64,000 bases of DNA. It comes from Sulfurimonas sp. GTDB lineage: Bacteria > Campylobacterota > Campylobacteria > Campylobacterales > Sulfurimonadaceae. The stretch is taken from assembly GCA_016744115.1 (NCBI GenBank), contig JADGEZ010000004.1, positions 29,079-93,078 on the forward strand, given 5' to 3'. Below the pieces are notes generated by a model. That model did not search any database and was not told where the DNA came from. It saw only the letters and a program-made list of their open reading frames with translations. This document shows positions 1 through 9,526 of the stretch, one piece after another. Positions within the stretch are counted from its first letter, which is position 1. The number at the start of each line of letters is the position of its first letter. The translations under genes were made by a program, and so were the position numbers.

Positions 1-2
1 AA

Positions 3-1757
3 ATAGTATTTTCTGGAGATAATCAAAACTTCCGAGAAATAGAAGTTTATGGAATTCCTTTTGAAAAAGATTTTGATTTAGTTTTAAAAGTGACCGATAA
101 TACAAGCAATGAAACAGTTAAAAATTTAAATTTAAATATAATTCCAACATTAAAAAGTTATGCTCTAGCATTTATTCAAAACTATGCACAAGATGGAGAA
201 GCAGCTCCAAGTTTACAAGAATATATAGATGCAGGTATCAATAATGTAACAGTAGATAATCTAAGTGCAGTAAATGCAAGAATAGAAGCTAGCAATACAG
301 TAGGAACTGATACAGTAGCAAAAATTCAAGCTTTAGTAGATTTAGGGGTTGGAGAAGCATTAGCTTTCAGCGTAATTAGAAATTATACTATCAATGCTTC
401 TACTGCACCAACAGAGACAAATTATACAACAGCAGGTATCACAGGAGTAAATACTGTAGATAAAGCAAGTGCGTTAAATGCTTTAATTCAAGGTCATTCA
501 TCAGGTTCTTCTATAACTTTGACTCAAATCCAAACTTTAGCAAATAGTATCATACAAACACCAACCACTATAATAGGACTTCCATCAAACATAACTATTA
601 CTAATAATGCATTAAAAGTGTATGTATTATCAGTAAATGATGAAGACTATGATAATCTAGACATTCAAGATACAATAAATAATGTAACTACACTAAAAGT
701 ACAAATACCATATACCGTAGCAAGTGGTACTGTTTCACTTCCTTCACATTCACAGTCCTTTACAATAAGCGATACTACTCTTTCATCAGAAGGAGAATCA
801 AATGTAATAGTATCTTTTACTTATGATGCACAAACTGACTTATCAGGTTCAGGAGTGTTTGAAGGAATATTTACTATAGATGATAGCTCAAGTACAGGTG
901 CTAATGATAATATCTATAAAGCAAAAAAGTTAGATATAGATGATAATGCTCCAGGATTTACTCTTGCAAATTTTAAGTATGCTGTAGACGCAAGTGATGC
1001 TCCAAATGATTTAGGAACACTCACAATTCAAGTAATACCTGGTATTGCTGATAGAAACTATAATGTAGCAGATTTAACTGATACTAGTGCATTTAATCAT
1101 AAGTTTATTTATATGCCAGTAGTTTCTCCTAAAACAGGAAAAACATGGTTAAATAACAACCTAGGTGCGCAGTATTCAAATGTAACTAGTGGTGATTTTA
1201 ATCCTAGTCAACAAGCTACGAGCATAACAGATTATAAAGCGTATGGAAGTCTTGTTCAGTGGGGAAGAAAAGCAGACGGACATGAGTTAGCTACTTGGGC
1301 AAGTGACGGTGTTCCAACAAGTAAATATACTATAACAAACATAAAAAGTGATGATCCCGCTCATAGCAGTTTCATAGAGACTGCTGATATTGATATACGA
1401 TACTGGAGAGATACAATAGATAATACACTTTGGAAAAATGAAAATTCAAATAATAATGTATGCCCAGTAGGATTTAGAGTTCCTACCGCAGCTGAATTAG
1501 AGGAGGAATTAGCAGGCTTAGTATTAGAGAGTGCTTTTCATTCTTTTCTTAAAACTACTGCTAATGGTCTTCGACATTCGGTAAGTGGCTATGCATATTT
1601 GGGTACTCGAGGAAATTTATGGAGTTCAGATATTCATGTTTCTTCCGATCATGGGACACTCGCAAAATATTTAGGTATAAACCCTCACATTGACGACACT
1701 AAAATATGGAAATGGCACAAAGCCTATGGTAAAGCTGTCCGTTGTATAAAAGATTAA
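3..1757 (+). CDS. C-terminal part of a large surface/adhesin-like protein (5' end outside window) ending in a FISUMP-type (Fibrobacter succinogenes major paralogous) domain
   Basis: The frame of the 90..1757 ORF stays open back to base 3 (IVFSGDNQNFREIEVYGIPFEKDFDLVLK-), so the GTG at 90 is not the true start. Two ~55-aa internal repeats (..APSLQEYIDAGINNVTVDNLSAVNARI.. and ..APTETNYTTAGITGVNTVDKASALNALI..) resemble giant-adhesin repeats. The C-terminus (WLNNNLGA..YGSLVQWGR..CPVGFRVPTAAELEE..LWSS..AVRCIKD) fits the FISUMP signature. Confidence 0.7.
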   Translation: MVFSGDNQNFREIEVYGIPFEKDFDLVLKVTDNTSNETVKNLNLNIIPTLKSYALAFIQNYAQDGEAAPSLQEYIDAGINNVTVDNLSAVNARIEASNTVGTDTVAKIQALVDLGVGEALAFSVIRNYTINASTAPTETNYTTAGITGVNTVDKASALNALIQGHSSGSSITLTQIQTLANSIIQTPTTIIGLPSNITITNNALKVYVLSVNDEDYDNLDIQDTINNVTTLKVQIPYTVASGTVSLPSHSQSFTISDTTLSSEGESNVIVSFTYDAQTDLSGSGVFEGIFTIDDSSSTGANDNIYKAKKLDIDDNAPGFTLANFKYAVDASDAPNDLGTLTIQVIPGIADRNYNVADLTDTSAFNHKFIYMPVVSPKTGKTWLNNNLGAQYSNVTSGDFNPSQQATSITDYKAYGSLVQWGRKADGHELATWASDGVPTSKYTITNIKSDDPAHSSFIETADIDIRYWRDTIDNTLWKNENSNNNVCPVGFRVPTAAELEEELAGLVLESAFHSFLKTTANGLRHSVSGYAYLGTRGNLWSSDIHVSSDHGTLAKYLGINPHIDDTKIWKWHKAYGKAVRCIKD

Positions 1758-1873
1758 AACTCATAAATAAGCAAACAACAGTTTAAAAATTCTTATTTCA
1801 AATACGACTACTATAGTTAAAAGTGTATTAAATGAAGCTCTTATATTTTTACCCTAAGGCTCAAATATTTAAC

Positions 1874-2050
1874 ACAGATCCAGGGAATGAATTTACTTGC
1901 AAAGTTCATGTTGAAATTCTCAAAAAGCACAGGATGAAAATTTAATGGATGGAAAAGATAGGGCTACAGATGATATTTCATTGAAAAATTATGGAGAAGT
2001 CTAATGAATACAAAAATATCAAAAGGTATCCTAAAAGGCAAAATAAGTAA
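1874..2050 (+). pseudogene. Decayed fragment of an IS3-family transposase (integrase/rve C-terminal region), frameshifted
   Basis: Three frames together read TDPGNEFTCKVHVEILKKHRMKI* / MDGKDRATDDIS / IEKLWRSL. These match the IS3 OrfB blocks (h)xDxGxEFT..., SMDGKGRAxDN and IERLWRSLKYE. The region is interrupted by stops and frameshifts and has no intact ORF. Confidence 0.55.
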
Positions 2051-2175
2051 ATTTGTTTTACTGGTCTTAAATAAGGGAACTATTATACTCAATTTTTTTC
2101 TTCAGTTGGTATATTTTTGGTATAATAACTCAAATATTGCAAAGTAATAAAGAATATAATAATCTAAGGATTTTC

Positions 2176-3018
2176 ATGAACTTACTAAACCTTTTTTCCA
2201 GAGATACAAATAAACAACCTATTAAGAGTGAAGCTTCAGCTCATTGGGTGAAATGTAAATCATGCCACTCTTTGATGTATTATAAAGAGGTTGAGAATCA
2301 AAATTATGTATGTCCTAAATGTGGATTTCATCTTCGTATAGGTGTTAAAGAAAGGCTTGAACTTTTAGCAGATAAAGGTTCTTTTATAGAGTATGATAGT
2401 ACTCTTAAGCCTATAGATCCATTAAATTTCGTAGATAAAAAATCATATAAACAAAGAATCGAAGAAGCAACTAAAAAAACAGGTAAAACTTCATCAGTTG
2501 TAAGTGGTTCTATAAAAATGAATGGAGTGTCTGCTCAAGTTGTAATCTTTGATTTTGCATTTATGGGTGGTTCTCTAGGTTCAGTTGAGGGGGAAAAAAT
2601 CGTTCGTGGTATTAATCGTGCGATTGAGAATAAAGAAGGCTTTATAATACTTTCTGCTTCAGGAGGTGCTAGAATGCAAGAGAGTACTTTTTCTTTGCTC
2701 CAAATGAGTAAAACATCTGCTGCTCTAGCAAAATTAGCTCGTCACAAACTACCATATATTTCTGTTTTAACTGATCCTACTATGGGTGGAGTGTCAGCTT
2801 CATTTGCTAGCTTAGGTGATATTATTATAGCTGAACCAGGAACATTGATTGGTTTTGCTGGTCAGCGTGTTATTGAGCAAACTATTGGTTCAGCACTTCC
2901 AGATGGATTTCAAAGGGCAGAGTTTTTACTTGAAAAAGGTGCAATTGACATGATTGTAAACAGAAATGATCTTAAAAATACTTTAGCAGATGTTCTTACG
3001 CTTTTAAGAGTTGCATAA
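2176..3018 (+). CDS. accD: Acetyl-CoA carboxylase carboxyltransferase beta subunit
   Basis: N-terminal Zn ribbon CKSCHS..x..CPKCGFH, followed by the carboxyltransferase core (FAFMGGSLGSVEGEKI, SGGARMQES). I chose the ATG at 2176 because AAGGA lies 7 nt upstream; the ORF track starts at the TTG at 2137. Confidence 0.9.
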   Translation: MNLLNLFSRDTNKQPIKSEASAHWVKCKSCHSLMYYKEVENQNYVCPKCGFHLRIGVKERLELLADKGSFIEYDSTLKPIDPLNFVDKKSYKQRIEEATKKTGKTSSVVSGSIKMNGVSAQVVIFDFAFMGGSLGSVEGEKIVRGINRAIENKEGFIILSASGGARMQESTFSLLQMSKTSAALAKLARHKLPYISVLTDPTMGGVSASFASLGDIIIAEPGTLIGFAGQRVIEQTIGSALPDGFQRAEFLLEKGAIDMIVNRNDLKNTLADVLTLLRVA

Positions 3019-3024
3019 CAAATA

Positions 3025-3585
3025 ATGAATTTATATGCTCTATGCGACCAAGATTTATTAGACGCTCATAAAATGAGTTTAGAAATTTTCATAGATTTAG
3101 CTAAAGAAAATAATGCTGAAGTAATCCAGTACAGAAATAAAACTGCCAGTACAGATTTTATCAAAACACAGCTTATTAGAATAAGAAAAATATTTGATGG
3201 TTTTTTAATCGTCAATGATGCTTATGAACTCATAGAGTTTTGCGATGGTGTACATCTTGGACAAGAAGATTTAAAAAATATTGATGCAGACATAGCTACT
3301 GCGGTTAAAATCATTAGGAAAGTTATCACTAATGATAAGATACTTGGAATTTCAACACATAATGAACAAGAAGTTCTTGCTGCGAATAAAATGGATTTAA
3401 ACTATATTGGTTTAGGTGCATATAGAAGTACGAATACAAAAAATATCACAAATATACTAGGTGATTCACTGGACATAATTGCAGCAAAATCAGAACATTT
3501 TGTTGGAGCTATAGGAGGGGTTAATCTTAACGATAAGTTTCAGAATGTTAGATACCATGTTATCGGTAGCGGATTACTAGATTAA
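3025..3585 (+). CDS. thiE: Thiamine-phosphate synthase
   Basis: Motifs [36 protein letters not shown] and GAIGGV match the ThiE TIM-barrel signature. Confidence 0.8.
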   Translation: MNLYALCDQDLLDAHKMSLEIFIDLAKENNAEVIQYRNKTASTDFIKTQLIRIRKIFDGFLIVNDAYELIEFCDGVHLGQEDLKNIDADIATAVKIIRKVITNDKILGISTHNEQEVLAANKMDLNYIGLGAYRSTNTKNITNILGDSLDIIAAKSEHFVGAIGGVNLNDKFQNVRYHVIGSGLLD

Positions 3586-3587
3586 TT

Positions 3588-4046
3588 ATGAAAATAGAAA
3601 TAATATCTATCGCAAAAAAAGAAAAAACGATTTATGAGCCCCTTTATAAAGATTTGATAAAAATGATTTCTCGTTTTACAAAAGTAATAAATACCGAAAT
3701 ATTTCCAAAAGATGTAGCACAAGCACATAGCGTTTCTCCAAAAGCTTCTCAAAGATCATATTCAAAAGCATTAAATGAGTATATTAGTAAAGATTATAGT
3801 GTGATTTTACATCCTGATGGAAAACTAATTGACAGTTATGAATTTAGTAAGCTTTTAAATGCTAAAATGTCGGTGAAATTTTTCATAGGTGGAGCTTATG
3901 GATTTGAAGAAGAGTTTTTAAAAAAGAGTGATAAAATTATCAGTCTAGGAAAGCTAACGATGAGTCATAAAATCGCAAAAGCAGTTTTATTGGAACAGAT
4001 TTATAGAGGGTTTTCTATTTTAAATAATCATCCCTATCATAAGTGA
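3588..4046 (+). CDS. rlmH: 23S rRNA (pseudouridine1915-N3)-methyltransferase (SPOUT family)
   Basis: Size of 152 aa. C-terminal [35 protein letters not shown] is typical of RlmH. Confidence 0.85.
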   Translation: MKIEIISIAKKEKTIYEPLYKDLIKMISRFTKVINTEIFPKDVAQAHSVSPKASQRSYSKALNEYISKDYSVILHPDGKLIDSYEFSKLLNAKMSVKFFIGGAYGFEEEFLKKSDKIISLGKLTMSHKIAKAVLLEQIYRGFSILNNHPYHK

Positions 4047-4071
4047 AATATAAATATATTAAGGAAATAAA

Positions 4072-4422
4072 TTGCAAGAAAGTGAACTAAACTACTTTAA
4101 AGATATTTTAGAGGAACGCAACAAGCAAATAATTAAAAATATTGATGGTGTCAATAAGGAATTAGATCAACTAAGTTCATTGGAGTTAAATGATGAAGGC
4201 GATCACGCTTCAGTTAATAATAACTCAATGGTTGAGAGTGCAATAGTAAGACAGCAAGAACAAGAGTTAAGAGAAATAAATGTTGCTTTTGCTAAAATAG
4301 TAGACGGTGGGTATGGAATCTGCGCAATGTGTGAAGATGACATTGGGTTTCAAAGATTGAAGGTTAAACCACATGCTATATATTGTATAGATTGTCGCGA
4401 GATAGTGGAAAAAACAAATTAA
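4072..4422 (+). CDS. dksA: DksA/TraR family C4 zinc-finger transcription factor
   Basis: Coiled-coil N-terminus plus CAMCEDDI-x15-YCIDC (CxxC..CxxC). TTG start with AAGGA upstream. Confidence 0.75.
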   Translation: MQESELNYFKDILEERNKQIIKNIDGVNKELDQLSSLELNDEGDHASVNNNSMVESAIVRQQEQELREINVAFAKIVDGGYGICAMCEDDIGFQRLKVKPHAIYCIDCREIVEKTN

Positions 4423-4432
4423 GGAATAAATT

Positions 4433-5461
4433 ATGCATATAAAACGATATACTATAGTATCACTTTTACTTATTGCTTTTGTTGGGTGGTATGTAAGTAC
4501 ATTTGTTTCTAGTGAAACAGTAAGTATTAATATGATGGGAATAGAAATTCCTCCTTTATCTGTTTCTATATGGGCAATGATTCCTCTTTTTATATTTTAT
4601 TTAGCAAGTGTATCACATATTGCTTTTTACTCCATACTTGGAAGTTTTAGTCTTAGAAAATATGAAAAAGATTATAATGCTATCCTTGATTGCATATCTG
4701 ATGCGTATCTAGGAAAAGAGAATCGTCATCACATGTTTAAAACACGCAAGTATCAACTTCTAGGTTCTTTAATAGATAATACAACGCTTTTTCCAAAAAA
4801 TATTTCCCTCTCTTTAATAAAAGATGAAAAAATAAGTTCAACTATAAAGCTAATAGAAGATATTAGAAAAGGAGAAGTTGTTGACTTGAAAAAATCTTTT
4901 TTGTCTGTTGACAATCCTTTGGTAGTTCAAAATGAAAGAAATAGATATAAAAGTTCTTCTCAAAGTGCTGAAGACTTTTTAAAATCTCCAAATAAATACA
5001 ACTCTGAACTCCTGAGTGAAATTTATAAAGATTTTGTACAAACAGCTACTCTGAGTACTATTGAAAAATATAAATCTCAAATGAGTAATGATTCCTTATA
5101 TATAATACTGTCTCGCGTAAATGCGGATGAGAACACACTAGAAATATCTAATGAAACTTTATCTAATTTATTTAATACATTGGAATTAGATCCTAATGAT
5201 TATATTAAAATTTCTGCAGCCTTATCTTTAATGATTCCAGAACAAAGAATGAGACTTTTTGAAACAATAAGTGACTTAAATGATGATGCTATGCAAGCGT
5301 ATCTATTTACATTATTCGATTTAGAGATGATTGCACCTGCTGATGCTATCTTGGAAATATCACAGTCTCATGAATATCAAAACTTTAAAGCTTATCGTGC
5401 CTTAAAAGAATGCCATCAAAACTTCAATATAAATCTATTTGTTACAGACAGGATATGTTAG
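4433..5461 (+). CDS. Hypothetical membrane protein
   Basis: Two N-terminal hydrophobic helices (IVSLLLIAFVGWYV, IWAMIPLFIFYLASV) followed by a soluble helical region. I recognise no family. Confidence 0.5.
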   Translation: MHIKRYTIVSLLLIAFVGWYVSTFVSSETVSINMMGIEIPPLSVSIWAMIPLFIFYLASVSHIAFYSILGSFSLRKYEKDYNAILDCISDAYLGKENRHHMFKTRKYQLLGSLIDNTTLFPKNISLSLIKDEKISSTIKLIEDIRKGEVVDLKKSFLSVDNPLVVQNERNRYKSSSQSAEDFLKSPNKYNSELLSEIYKDFVQTATLSTIEKYKSQMSNDSLYIILSRVNADENTLEISNETLSNLFNTLELDPNDYIKISAALSLMIPEQRMRLFETISDLNDDAMQAYLFTLFDLEMIAPADAILEISQSHEYQNFKAYRALKECHQNFNINLFVTDRIC

Positions 5462-6426
5462 AAAATATTAACTTTTATAAAAAAAATTTAAATTTTGATA
5501 AGCCGATATATATATTAGCACCTCTAGCGGGATTTACAGACTTACCTTTTAGATCTGTTGTTAAGAAGTTTGGTGCAGATTTAACTGTGAGTGAAATGTT
5601 GAGTTCAAATGCACTTGTACATAATTCTAAAAAAACACTTCATATGCTTAAAAAAAGCCCTATTGAAAACCCTTATTCTGTGCAAATTGCAAGTTCTAGT
5701 ATAGATATAGCAAGAGAAGCAGTAGAAATTTTAAATGAACATGATGGGATAGATATACTTGATTTAAACTGTGGTTGCCCTGTACCAAAAGTGGTAGGAC
5801 ATGGTAGTGGAAGCTCACTTTTACTTGATTTACCTCTTATGGGATCAATTATAAAAACGATGAAAGATACTTCAAATAAAAATATGTTAAGTGTAAAAAT
5901 TAGACTAGGATTTGAGAAAAAAAATCATATTGAAATTGCAAAAATGGTTGAAGGTTCAGGAGCTGATTTTTTAGCAGTTCATGGAAGAACTCGCGCGGGG
6001 AAGTTTAAGGCAAATGTTGATTATGATGCTATTAAAGAGATTAAAGAAGCTGTTTCTATACCTGTAATAGCAAACGGAGATATTGATTCTTATGAAAAAG
6101 CGAGATGGGTCTTAGAATATACTGGCGCAGATGGGGTAATGATTGGTCGTGGTGCGATTGGAGCTCCTTGGATTTTTCATCAATTACGAACAGGTGAGAA
6201 AAACATAAATTTATCTTTAAAGCATAAAATTATTATGGAACATTATGATAAGATGATTGAATTTTATGGTAATCATGGTGTCCCTATGTTTAGAAAGCAT
6301 ACACATACTTATACTAAAGGTTATTGCGGTGCGTCTAAATTACGAGATGAAGTAAACCATGTAAGCGACACTAATGAATATAGAGACATTATAAATAATT
6401 TTTTTAAACATGCAAAGATGCCCTAA
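5455..6426 (+). CDS. tRNA-dihydrouridine synthase (Dus family)
   Basis: LAPLAGFTDLPFR, DLNCGCP, HGRTR and ANGDI are Dus motifs. The ATG at 5455 was chosen over 5410 because it fits the Dus N-terminus and overlaps the upstream stop. Confidence 0.85.
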   Translation: MLENINFYKKNLNFDKPIYILAPLAGFTDLPFRSVVKKFGADLTVSEMLSSNALVHNSKKTLHMLKKSPIENPYSVQIASSSIDIAREAVEILNEHDGIDILDLNCGCPVPKVVGHGSGSSLLLDLPLMGSIIKTMKDTSNKNMLSVKIRLGFEKKNHIEIAKMVEGSGADFLAVHGRTRAGKFKANVDYDAIKEIKEAVSIPVIANGDIDSYEKARWVLEYTGADGVMIGRGAIGAPWIFHQLRTGEKNINLSLKHKIIMEHYDKMIEFYGNHGVPMFRKHTHTYTKGYCGASKLRDEVNHVSDTNEYRDIINNFFKHAKMP

Positions 6427-6428
6427 CT

Positions 6429-7574
6429 ATGCTTGATATTTCTAAATCTATAAGAAATCTTGATACAAGTGATATATCGGATAATTTATTTCACTATGAG
6501 TACAATACTAAACATCTTTTATCTTTAATCAAAAAAGGAATATCTGAAGATGAGCCTGCATATTTAAGTTCTTTCCGCTCATTTGAGGGGGAAGTTTTTG
6601 AAAATTTCATATATGAAAAACTACTTCGGTATGCTGAATATTCTGATGAAGTTGATAAGTTTATATTAAAAGGTTATCATCAAAATAGATTTAAATCACA
6701 GCCAAATACTATTTCTATAAGTGAAAAACAACAAATAGTCTATCGCACTAAAAGTAGGGAAATTTCTGAATTTGATGCAATGATGATAACACAAAACAAA
6801 GAACTATATTTTGTCGAAATGACCTTAGTTAGATCAGTATTAAAATTAAGAAAGAGGTTAAGAAAGAAAAAAGCACTTCTTGAAATCATTTTCCCAAATT
6901 ATGAAATTAAAGCTCTGATTATTCTCAATGATGGAGCAGCTGGAACTAAACAGTTCCCATCATATTGCAAGGTTTGGTTTACTCAAGAATTTTCAGCAAA
7001 AAATGTTTTTGAGTATATTCAAAATCCAGAAACTAAAAAACTAAAACCAAAAGATATAATACAATCCCAAAAAATGCTAGAAGCCCATAAATTAAATGTA
7101 TATCCATTTAGATACTATAATACTATGACATGGATTACTAAAACTTTAAGAGCTCATAAAAAACATGTATTAGACATGTATTTTTTAATGAACTTTAAAG
7201 TTCAACGCTTCCATGACTTGTACAATAAGTTGTACATTGGGTATATAAGTATGACTGATGCAAGTGATATGCTCGGTTTAAAAGATGGTGAATATAGCGA
7301 TGAGTTACAAGTTGTTGTTGCGATAGAAAAAAAGCACTCTAATGAAATTGTACTAACATATTATATTCAAAAAACTCGTAAAAATTTATACTTATATTCT
7401 TCTGATGAAAAGGGTATGATAACTAAAGAAAAAAAAGACCCCTATGGTATAACAGTAACAGAAGTATATCATGTGAATAAAATAATGGATAGCAGTTTTA
7501 TTTTAAATATGTATCAAATTCAAAAGATTAAACAGTTATTAAAAGATAGTTATTTAAAAAATTTGGAGAATTAA
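6429..7574 (+). CDS. Hypothetical protein (381 aa)
   Basis: Long ORF packed tightly after dus. Contains GEVFENFIYEKL .. EFDAMMI .. LYFVEMTLV, which only weakly resembles a PD-(D/E)xK core. Confidence 0.5.
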   Translation: MLDISKSIRNLDTSDISDNLFHYEYNTKHLLSLIKKGISEDEPAYLSSFRSFEGEVFENFIYEKLLRYAEYSDEVDKFILKGYHQNRFKSQPNTISISEKQQIVYRTKSREISEFDAMMITQNKELYFVEMTLVRSVLKLRKRLRKKKALLEIIFPNYEIKALIILNDGAAGTKQFPSYCKVWFTQEFSAKNVFEYIQNPETKKLKPKDIIQSQKMLEAHKLNVYPFRYYNTMTWITKTLRAHKKHVLDMYFLMNFKVQRFHDLYNKLYIGYISMTDASDMLGLKDGEYSDELQVVVAIEKKHSNEIVLTYYIQKTRKNLYLYSSDEKGMITKEKKDPYGITVTEVYHVNKIMDSSFILNMYQIQKIKQLLKDSYLKNLEN

Positions 7575-7598
7575 TAATATTCTTAATTTTAGTTATGA

Positions 7599-7626
7599 CT
7601 TGCCCTAAAGGATAACCTTGGGCAAG
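7599..7626. terminator. Hairpin between convergent genes (possible bidirectional terminator)
   Basis: CTTGCCC-ta-AAGG-ataa-CCTT-GGGCAAG forms a 7+4 bp stem. It lies between the stop at 7574 (+) and the stop at 7637 (-). There is no clear U-tract. Confidence 0.4.
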
Positions 7627-7636
7627 GAACAAAAGA

Positions 7637-8518
7637 TTACATAAAATCTACATTTACTAGATGATGCTTAAGACCTAGTTCTTTTTGAGAGCAACCAAGA
7701 GCCAAACCGACCATTTGTTGCATGTGAAGAACTGGGAGAGAAACATCTCGTCCTATAGCCTCTGAAGCATGCTGTGTTTGTGTATCAAGTTTTAGATGAC
7801 AAAGTGGACATGGAGTTACCATCCAGTCAGCATTGCCATCCATTGCTCCAGCAATAGCGTTACCAGTTAAAATAGCTGCAGTTTTTGGAGCTTGAAGTTC
7901 TGCATGGAAACCACAGCATTTATTTTTTTCTTCATAATCTACATTCTTTCCACCACAAGCTATGATTAAATCATCAAGTGAAGTAGGGTTATATGGATTT
8001 TCAGGAGTTTTATGAGATTCGTTTTGAAGCTCAGAAGGGCGGATATTGTGACAACCATAAAAAGGTGCAATATTAAATTGACTAAGAGGTCTTACAACCA
8101 TCTCTTTTATTTTATCAAGACCTATATCATCAATTATTGCATATAAAAAATGAATAATATTTGATGTACCTTTATACTCAAGTCCAACTTCACCAAGTTT
8201 TTGATTTACTCTTGCTTTAAGCTCAGCATCATTATCTAGACGGTGTTTAGTCATAGCAGTATTAAGCTGACAAGTATTACAAATAGTTACCATCGTGAGT
8301 TCATGTTTTTCTGCGTAAGCAATATTTCTAGCATTTAAAACTAAAGATAAAAAATCATCATAATCTTGTAAATGAGAAGCTCCACAGCATGATGCTTCAG
8401 TAAGTTCAACAAGTTGGATATCTAGTTTTTCAGCGAGTGCCATAGTTGATAGGTATTGCTCAGGTGTACTTTGTTTAGCTGTACATCCTGTAAAAAGTGC
8501 GTATTTTAATTTTGACAT
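7637..8518 (-). CDS. Succinate dehydrogenase/fumarate reductase third subunit, cysteine-rich (CCG) domain type, HdrB/GlpC-like
   Basis: Two CCG motifs (EASCCGASH and NKCCGFHA) with CxxC pairs. Sits immediately downstream of sdhB. Confidence 0.75.
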   Translation of the reverse strand: MSKLKYALFTGCTAKQSTPEQYLSTMALAEKLDIQLVELTEASCCGASHLQDYDDFLSLVLNARNIAYAEKHELTMVTICNTCQLNTAMTKHRLDNDAELKARVNQKLGEVGLEYKGTSNIIHFLYAIIDDIGLDKIKEMVVRPLSQFNIAPFYGCHNIRPSELQNESHKTPENPYNPTSLDDLIIACGGKNVDYEEKNKCCGFHAELQAPKTAAILTGNAIAGAMDGNADWMVTPCPLCHLKLDTQTQHASEAIGRDVSLPVLHMQQMVGLALGCSQKELGLKHHLVNVDFM

Positions 8519-8527
8519 AAATAACTC

Positions 8528-9508
8528 CTAGAACTTCGCTGTAGAAGAAGATTCTACAAGTTTTTTAATCTCATCAAGATTATCCGATTTTGTGATAGCC
8601 CATGGTGGAACAATTTTACCTTTTATGAACATTTTTGCAGCGACTGGAACATGTTTAACAATTCCTGCAAGTTCAGAATAAAGCACTAATCCACCCTCGT
8701 CAAGCACACCATTTTTAGCGATTGAATGCTTAAATCCAACTGCATGGCGGGTAGCAATATTAGAAGTTACAACTCCCTGCGTAAAGAGCATATTATGGAG
8801 TTTGGTAATTTTTTCTATTGGATTAACATCTTTAGGACAAACTTCTTGACACTCAAAACATTTAACACAGTCCCAAAGACCCTGTTTTTCTTCATGTAAT
8901 TCATTGAGCCTTGTTGTATGTGCATCATCACGAACATCAGCTTCAAAACGGTACGCTTTAGCAAATGCAGCAGGACCAAAAAAGTCCTCGTTTATCTCAA
9001 CCACAGGACAAGCATAATGACAAGCACCACACTGGATACATAAATCAGCTTCATTTAACTCTTCAGCTTCTTTAGGGGATACTAAATGCTCATGTTCTGG
9101 ATGTTCTTCAACATCTGATATAAGGTAAGGATGTATAGCCTCATGTTTCTCCCAAAAATCTGCCTTGTCGATTATCATATCTTTGATAGAGCGTTTGATA
9201 CTCAGTGGTTCTATTAGTAAGTCTGTACCAAAAAGTTCTATCATGCTTGTCATACTTTGTTTACAGGCAAGCGTTACACGACCATTGACTTTTATAGCAC
9301 ATGTTCCACAGATACCATGACGACAAGACCTTCTATAGGAAAAACTTCCATCATGATCCCATTTAATTCTATCTAAAATATCTAAGATAACTTCTTCAGA
9401 ATTTACATCCATGTTATAGTTTTCATAATACGGAAGATAATCTTGGACAGAATTAAAACGAAATACTTTAAAGTTTACTTTTTGTGTGGTAATTGTATGT
9501 GTACTCAT
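8528..9508 (-). CDS. sdhB: Succinate dehydrogenase/fumarate reductase iron-sulfur subunit
   Basis: 2Fe-2S motif SCRHGICGTCAIKVNG..LAC, plus CIQCGACHYACP and CVKCFECQEVCP ferredoxin motifs. Confidence 0.85.
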   Translation of the reverse strand: MSTHTITTQKVNFKVFRFNSVQDYLPYYENYNMDVNSEEVILDILDRIKWDHDGSFSYRRSCRHGICGTCAIKVNGRVTLACKQSMTSMIELFGTDLLIEPLSIKRSIKDMIIDKADFWEKHEAIHPYLISDVEEHPEHEHLVSPKEAEELNEADLCIQCGACHYACPVVEINEDFFGPAAFAKAYRFEADVRDDAHTTRLNELHEEKQGLWDCVKCFECQEVCPKDVNPIEKITKLHNMLFTQGVVTSNIATRHAVGFKHSIAKNGVLDEGGLVLYSELAGIVKHVPVAAKMFIKGKIVPPWAITKSDNLDEIKKLVESSSTAKF

Positions 9509-9526
9509 AGATTTATTCTCCTTTCC

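Noticed and set aside
2137-2175. TTG-initiated 13-codon extension of accD
   Set aside because: The ATG at 2176 has an AAGGA RBS and gives the normal AccD N-terminus just ahead of the zinc ribbon.
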